From: Antedon mediterranea
Lineage: Eukaryota > Animalia > Echinodermata
Assembly (NCBI RefSeq): GCF_964355755.1
Contig: NC_092673.1
Location: 32,609,648 to 32,673,647 of the forward strand
Length of the DNA stretch: 64,000 nt
Direction: 5' to 3'
The position numbers and the translations under genes were made by a program. The notes under the pieces are model-generated. The model did no database searches. It had not been told where the DNA came from and was given only the letters and a program-made list of their open reading frames with translations. This document shows, piece after piece, positions 58,101 through 64,000 of the stretch. Within the stretch, counting starts at the first letter, position 1, and each line of letters begins with the position of its first letter.

Positions 58101-58180
58101 ACCTGTTTCTGTTACAACCTGTTCGGATGATTCTTGCTCCTTTTTATATGTGGTTTCCATCTCTTCAGTATCCGGTTTTG
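52131..58180 (-). CDS. Array of duplicated micro-exons forming the N-terminal extension of VLIG B: 58103-58180, 56932-57024, (56630-56695), 56473-56541, 56147-56242, 55809-55907, 54365-54451, 54010-54102, 53359-53442, 53065-53157, 52131-52199
   Basis: Each is AG|...|GT bounded (mostly aaacag| and |gtgagt); lengths 78, 93, 66, 69, 96, 99, 87, 93, 84, 93, 69; all stop-free in phase 1. Consensus DELNQAKPDTEELETTCEKEQESPQQVVTET. The last joins 50432 in frame (VVIQ-DKTDS). Start exon not found. Confidence 0.82.
52230..52735. mobile_element. Harbinger-like MITE
   Basis: ~45-bp imperfect TIR ggtttcacaaccttacgaatacgataacgaaaac / gttttcgttatcgtattcgtaagattgcgaaacc with TTA/TAA flanks. Confidence 0.75.
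54470..55755 (-). mobile_element. Relative of the 34763 Helentron-like family, in a micro-exon intron (right end approximate)
   Basis: Similar terminal hairpin taactcttca-cgg-tgacgagtta; shared internal block tggccatatgat (54903 and 35195). Confidence 0.5.
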
Positions 58181-58280
58181 CTTAATAAAGGAATAGATGG
58201 GTTATCCAGTTAGACAGATTTATTTTCAAAAGAACAAGGTTCGAATTTGTTTGACCATTATCAGTTTATGACATTTTTAA

Positions 58281-59551
58281 AGGCCAATTTACATACAGGA
58301 GCGGTAACGGTAAGCGGTAAAGGTAAGCGGAAAATACAAAAATAGAATCTATGTTATTTCTTATGACCATTTACACAGAACGCGGAGAGGACGAGCGGTT
58401 GAGCGGAAATCCGCTCAGGATAGAAACAGATTCAATTTTGTAAAAATAACGCGCAGTAATTATGGATTCTGGCCAACCAACGACATGATTGATATGACGT
58501 CATCTATCAACAACTTTTTTGCTTGAGTCCGTCGAGTCAAAGACGACAATAAATACGAGTGCCGTAGTAGGCTTAAGGCCAATTTACACAGACGAGCGGT
58601 AACGGTAAGCGGTAATTGTAAGCGAAAAACCGCGTGGCTTTTTCCATTTACACAGCGCGCGGAGTTCACGAACAGAGTTGTGGAAAGTAGGTGCGTGTAG
58701 GCGGCCTCGAGGCTAATGCATGTTACAGTCACTGCTGGCCTGGATGTGACTGACTGTCAGTAGGCCTAGCACACACAGGCCTAAGTTTTAGAGGGAATTG
58801 TTGCCTAATAACGTACTAAAATGTATATTTTCTTTTCACTATCCTTATACGAACATTAGTCACGTCGTAGGTGTTTTTATTTCTGAATAAAAAGAAGAAG
58901 AAACTATAGGCTATAGGCCTACTAACGGCACTCGTATTTATTGTCGTCTTTCACTCGACGGACGCAAACAAAAATTGTTGATAGATGACGTCATTTCAAT
59001 CATGTCGCTGGTTGGCAAGAATCCATAATTACCGCGCGGTATTTTCACAAAATCGAATCTGTTTCGATCCTGAGCGGATTTCCGCTCAACCGCTCGTCCA
59101 CTCCGCGTTCTGTGTAAATGGTCTTAAGAAATAACATAGATTCTATTTTTGCGTTTTCCGCTCAACTTTACCGCTTACCGTTACCGCTCGTCTGTATAAA
59201 TTGGCCTTTAGCCTAGTTTTGGAACTTCTTATTATTCCGAAATACAAACAAACGACGACGACAAACTAGGACGTGACTGATTGTTTGTATAAGGATAGTG
59301 AAAAGAAAGTATACATTTAGGACGTTATTAGGCCCTCTAAAACCTAGGCCTGTGTGAGCTAGGCCTACTGCCAGTCAGTCACGTCCAGACCAGCAGTGAC
59401 TGTAACATGCATTAGCCTCGAGGCCTACAAGCACCTACTGTCCACCACGGGCCACTCGCGAATTCCGCACGCAGTGTAAATGGGACAAGCCACGCGGTTT
59501 TCCGCTGACAATTACCGCTTACCGTTACCGCTCGTCTATGTAAATTGGCCT
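58281..59551. mobile_element. Harbinger-like MITE containing an inverted copy of itself (58576-59207)
   Basis: Four TIRs of type AGGCCAATTTACAC..GAGCGGTAACGGTAAGCGGT; inner copy flanked by TTA/TTA, outer by TAA/TTA. Confidence 0.85.
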
Positions 59552-60385
59552 TTAGGAAAATTTTACTAGACAAATTAGTTGTATTTCCTTATACTAAATT
59601 CAAAAGCCTATTTAAAATTACAAGGAAATCGCATATTTCTACTGGTCTAATTCCATCTTCATTTTATATTCAATAACCTAATAAGATGTATACGATAGGA
59701 CAGGTTAACTCAAGATAATACACATGATGTGGTGTGACTATGATTTGAATCGAGAAAAATATTATTATTTATTTGCGAAATATTATTTTGAAGGAATACA
59801 CTACTCTTGTGTAAACAAAATAATATTTCGAGGGAACAAAATTATATTTTGATGGCAAACAACAATATTTCAAGGGAATGAAATACAAGTTTGAGGGAAC
59901 TAAATACTGGAACGATATAGTATTTTGCGGGAGCAAAATAATTATTATTTCATAATAAAGAAATAATATTTCGGGGAAAGAAATATGGCCATGTCCCTTT
60001 TTACATTAGCGTGTATATAAAAAGGTCAAAAAAGGATGTGTACTGTTTTGAGAATAGCTATTTGTATATTGAAGAGAATGCCTATCTTTGTTGTAACTAC
60101 TATTAAGAGAGAATCGATGCAAATGTGATTATGACTTCTAACGATTTCTGGTTTTATAAAAAAAAATTCAACTAGACAGCCATTGGCTCATATTGTACAT
60201 GACAACACGCATGCGCAGTGTGAAATAAATGTATTTATATGTTTAAATATTTATTAAATGACACACCCATGTATATCTAAGCATTGTGAGTGTGATTGAT
60301 GAAGAAAATCTACTCTCAGTCACATTCTCCATCAAGAGTATTTTGCCCCACCGTTATTTCGAGCTAATCTAACACATTTTCTTAA

Positions 60386-62020
60386 AGGGGGATTCTGGGT
60401 TTAAAATTGCTTTTAAATATCGTTTATTTATTAAATAAAAAACATTATAACAATATAGACATGTCAGAATGAAGAAGTAATAACGAGAAATTAAAAAAAT
60501 TAAATTTCATATACATTTTAGGGTAAATTCATGGAAAGTCTGTTTTTCAGCAGCTTAGGGAAGCTCATTAATATTCATGAGATATTCACAAAATCACGTC
60601 ATCAGTGGATTCCAAACTCGCGACGTCAAGCTTGTACGTTATGTTCTCTCTCCTCTGTCAAACGATGACCACCCGATCATTGTGAAATACATTTTTTTGT
60701 AGATTTGCTAAGCTAGGCCTAAAGTGTAATAATAACAGTAGTAGCATATATTTATTTGACATTTAATGAAATACAAAATTTAGTACAGATTACGGAGTCA
60801 TAAATTATACTATTTTTATACCTCGAATTAATAGTACAGATCGTATATCGGCTTCACGTACTAGTAGGCTAGGCCTAGCCTAAATCATTTTATTCATGCC
60901 GGGGTGAGAGCCATTTCTGACTAGGGATTCGATGCCACGATGGCTACGTTAAAACATTGCATTGGGGCCATCATTCATGGGCCTAGCTAGCCTATTACTA
61001 AACGATTGGCCCATAAATAACAAAACTCAGTGGATTCCAAACCCATCCTATCAAAACCAAACTCCTAAACAATCTAGGCCTAAACCTAAAACGTTCTACA
61101 AAAATCGGCTGTAAATATTGAGGCAAAACAAGGTCCGATCGCCGTCCGCACGTCTAATAAGTAGGCCTAGTTAGTTTACTCTCCAAAAAAGCGGATACTG
61201 CATCAAGCAAGTAGACCGGTAGTAGGAAGGAGACCTAGCTAGCCTAGCCTAGCCGATCCGGCCCAGTTAAAAATTGAGCTAGCTAGTGTAGTAGACCCTA
61301 TGCGAATTGATACTACCAGGCCTTTTACTATAGGCTACACTTGTTAAAATTAGCAATACTGTACTTATGTTTACAAATATTCCAACTCTCTCATTCGAGC
61401 TATATTATCTATACCATTCCGGTAGGTTGAGTCGACCTTCAATCAAATACTGTACATCGTTGTTCATGTTGTGATATAGACGGGGTATACTCGACCCGAC
61501 CAGTTTGGTATTGTATACTGTATCTGCTTATCACGTGACGATGCCAGGCATGGGCAGAGAGAGCACGTGTATCGTCGTCTCGCTCTCCTCGCTCAGCAGG
61601 TGGTGCAGGATTGTATACGTTACGCTTCATTGATTTTGAAGGCTTTCCCTAAGTCAGTGCGAAAATCGGCAAACGTAAAGTGCAAACTTATCTAATTTTT
61701 CACTGTTTTGATGGATTTTCATAGAAAATTGATTTTATAAATGGGAAGACCGACTAAAATTACATAAGATAAGTATAATTTTACAAAAGTAATTGATATG
61801 GTTAATGATAACGAGTCGTCGGAAGATTGACCATTTCACGAATTTCGTATTCTGTAACCACAGTGTGATTTTGCCGTAGCTGCACTTGTAATCTGGCCTC
61901 ATTTCACAGCCTTCGTAATGCTTCACTGGACGCTTATATAAATTGAAACTTTTACCGTTCAAGAGACAAACAAATATATTTTACATTTTTTACTATTCAT
62001 TTTAAACCCGGAACCCCCCT
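60386..62020 (-). mobile_element. 1.6-kb Kolobok-like transposon, copy 2 (inverted)
   Basis: Reverse complement of 12011-13623 with TTAA on both sides; the ORF track shows matching peptides at 12069 and 61962. Confidence 0.88.
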
Positions 62021-64000
62021 TTAAGTGTTTTAACATAATTTATGGTGTTATACTTTCAGTCTAGATACTACCAACATAATCTTCGCACATTTGAAATCGA
62101 TATTCTACCTAACTTATTATAACTGTATGTCTACATTATCAAAATTGCCTACTGCGTTTTAAAAAGTATGTATGCAAACAGAAGTTTAATGAATATACGA
62201 ACCTTTAATTTTTGTCCGAACTTACACAACTACAAAAGTACGTCATGTTGTCTGAGCGAAACGTATCGCAATGTGACGGTTCGTTATTGTTCGTTTAATT
62301 TTGGGAAATTCTAACTTTGCAGCAATTGGTTAATACAACAAAAGGGTATTTTTTAATAATTTGCATAACCATTTATTGTACTGTCCTACGTAACATGCAC
62401 TTTATGTTTCAATGGCAACCAAAAAAAAAATGTTTTCATGACATGAATGTAATCGATAGTATTATTCTACAGTCATTTTCCTGAATTCTTAAATATTGAT
62501 TGTATAACCTATAATTTAGATTATTATACAAAATACTAGTGATTAGTGTTAAACATCTCAAGAAACATACGTTGTTCTTTATAATAATATAAAATATGAT
62601 AATTATAGTGCAAATTAGTGAAAAATAAATAATTTCATTATGATAATTATTATTCCTACTCTTCCGAAAGGTACACGTGTATACTGGACATCCAGTTTTA
62701 ACTTCCTTGTCCGAGAAGACTTTGTAACTAGAACCAATACAATGAGAGCCTTGTGGCTATGGTTTGCGCTGCCCTTGATTTAACTGCTATACTAGTAATT
62801 TAAAGTCTTAATCGCATTCTTTTTATATCTTTCAAACTGGCATTCATTTTTTGTGTACTTTACTGGAAAAGTATAATGTATACAGAAAAGAATTAAACAT
62901 AGGAATGTATGTATTTCTCTGCCTGCGACTGCAATCATAATTATCTAATTATAGGAAAGGCTTTTCAAAACAGCAGTGTTTTCATGTAAGGCCTACGTAT
63001 GTATGTACACACAATACGTGCTCTTATTGGACGTATTTAATATATTAAGCCATGATATTACTTTATATAAAGGAATGCGTAAATGCTATGTTGGAAAACC
63101 ATAATCAACACAAGAGTGTGTAACTATATCGATACACGACCTAAACTAGGTCTTCTTAGTGTTTTTTAGGCTTAGATAACAATTTCTTTAAACTTCCGAG
63201 AATATTTAAGGTTTTTCTGGATTCATTATTCCAGTAACTTCCACAGAAAATATAAAATAAAAATCCCACTAAAAATTTGGATTTGGCGGTTTTTGGTTTC
63301 TATATCAAGCACAATTTGAACTTTAACATTATAGATAAATTTGATATTACTTTTGTTTCACCATCCATTTGGTGAGAAAGTACCATCATGGATTAAAAGT
63401 TCTTTGTAACCTGCAGCAGCATGCATCTGCTACACATCGATTGTAACAAAACTGTGGATGGAGATGCAAAAAAACAAAACAATGCCATTGATCAATACCG
63501 AACTCCAGGTAGAATATAGATCACCTTCCAAATACTGATAACAACAAAGTTATTGATTTTAATGTTCGATTCTTCTCGGAAACATTAACCTAACAAATGT
63601 CGTGAGTTTCAAAACAACATTTTGAACAACAACTTATTATCAATAAATATTGATTTGTCCGCGAAAAAAATTGTTTTACTAAACGATAATAACAAAAGTT
63701 AAACACTTTTTTATCTAGGAGTTTAGTTTTGAAAAAAATGAAGAAATTAAAAGTAATACAGGCTGCTAACTAAAATATTAAACTCGTCAAAATATAGGCT
63801 TACAAAAACGTAGGAAATATACAACATTTTCAAAACAAAACTCTCAAACTTTGGAGTGGTTTTAGGAAAACTACCCCCTGATTATTATTATTACAGGTAT
63901 TATTTAAAGCTAATCTTGAGTTCCGTCGAACTATACATTAACAACGATTTATAGGAAAAGAGGCAAAAGATTTATACTGCGGATAAATTTTGTTGTCGCT

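Noticed and set aside
52131-58180. Repeat array as CRISPR or plain satellite
   Set aside because: Conserved parts are bounded by splice signals and keep the reading frame, and the intervening sequences are homologous introns.
63351-63535. Candidate first exon of the VLIG B gene
   Set aside because: Less AT-rich, but no frame is open throughout and the possible donor gives phase 0 rather than phase 1.

Overview
AT-rich eukaryotic genomic DNA with GT-AG introns; style suggests an invertebrate deuterostome, possibly an echinoderm (inference). Left part: the 3' four exons of TADA1 (+), a disabled intronless protein-kinase pseudogene (-) and a complete five-exon GORAB (+). The rest is a very-large-inducible-GTPase (VLIG/GVIN1/URGCP-like) locus on the minus strand with two intact ~4.7-kb exons (16079-20817 and 45712-50432). 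Upstream of the second lies an array of 10-11 duplicated micro-exons (52131-58180), all stop-free, multiples of 3 and phase 1-1, invisible to the ORF track; they encode an acidic repeat and could be spliced combinatorially. Both giant exons have phase-1 acceptors, so they may be alternative terminal exons. The locus is rich in TTAA (Kolobok-like), Harbinger-like and Helentron-like elements, SINEs, a decayed L1/Tx1 LINE, two satellites, P-element-like footprints, and an internal duplication that exposes empty insertion sites. All assignments come from manual reading and remembered family motifs; no searches were run.
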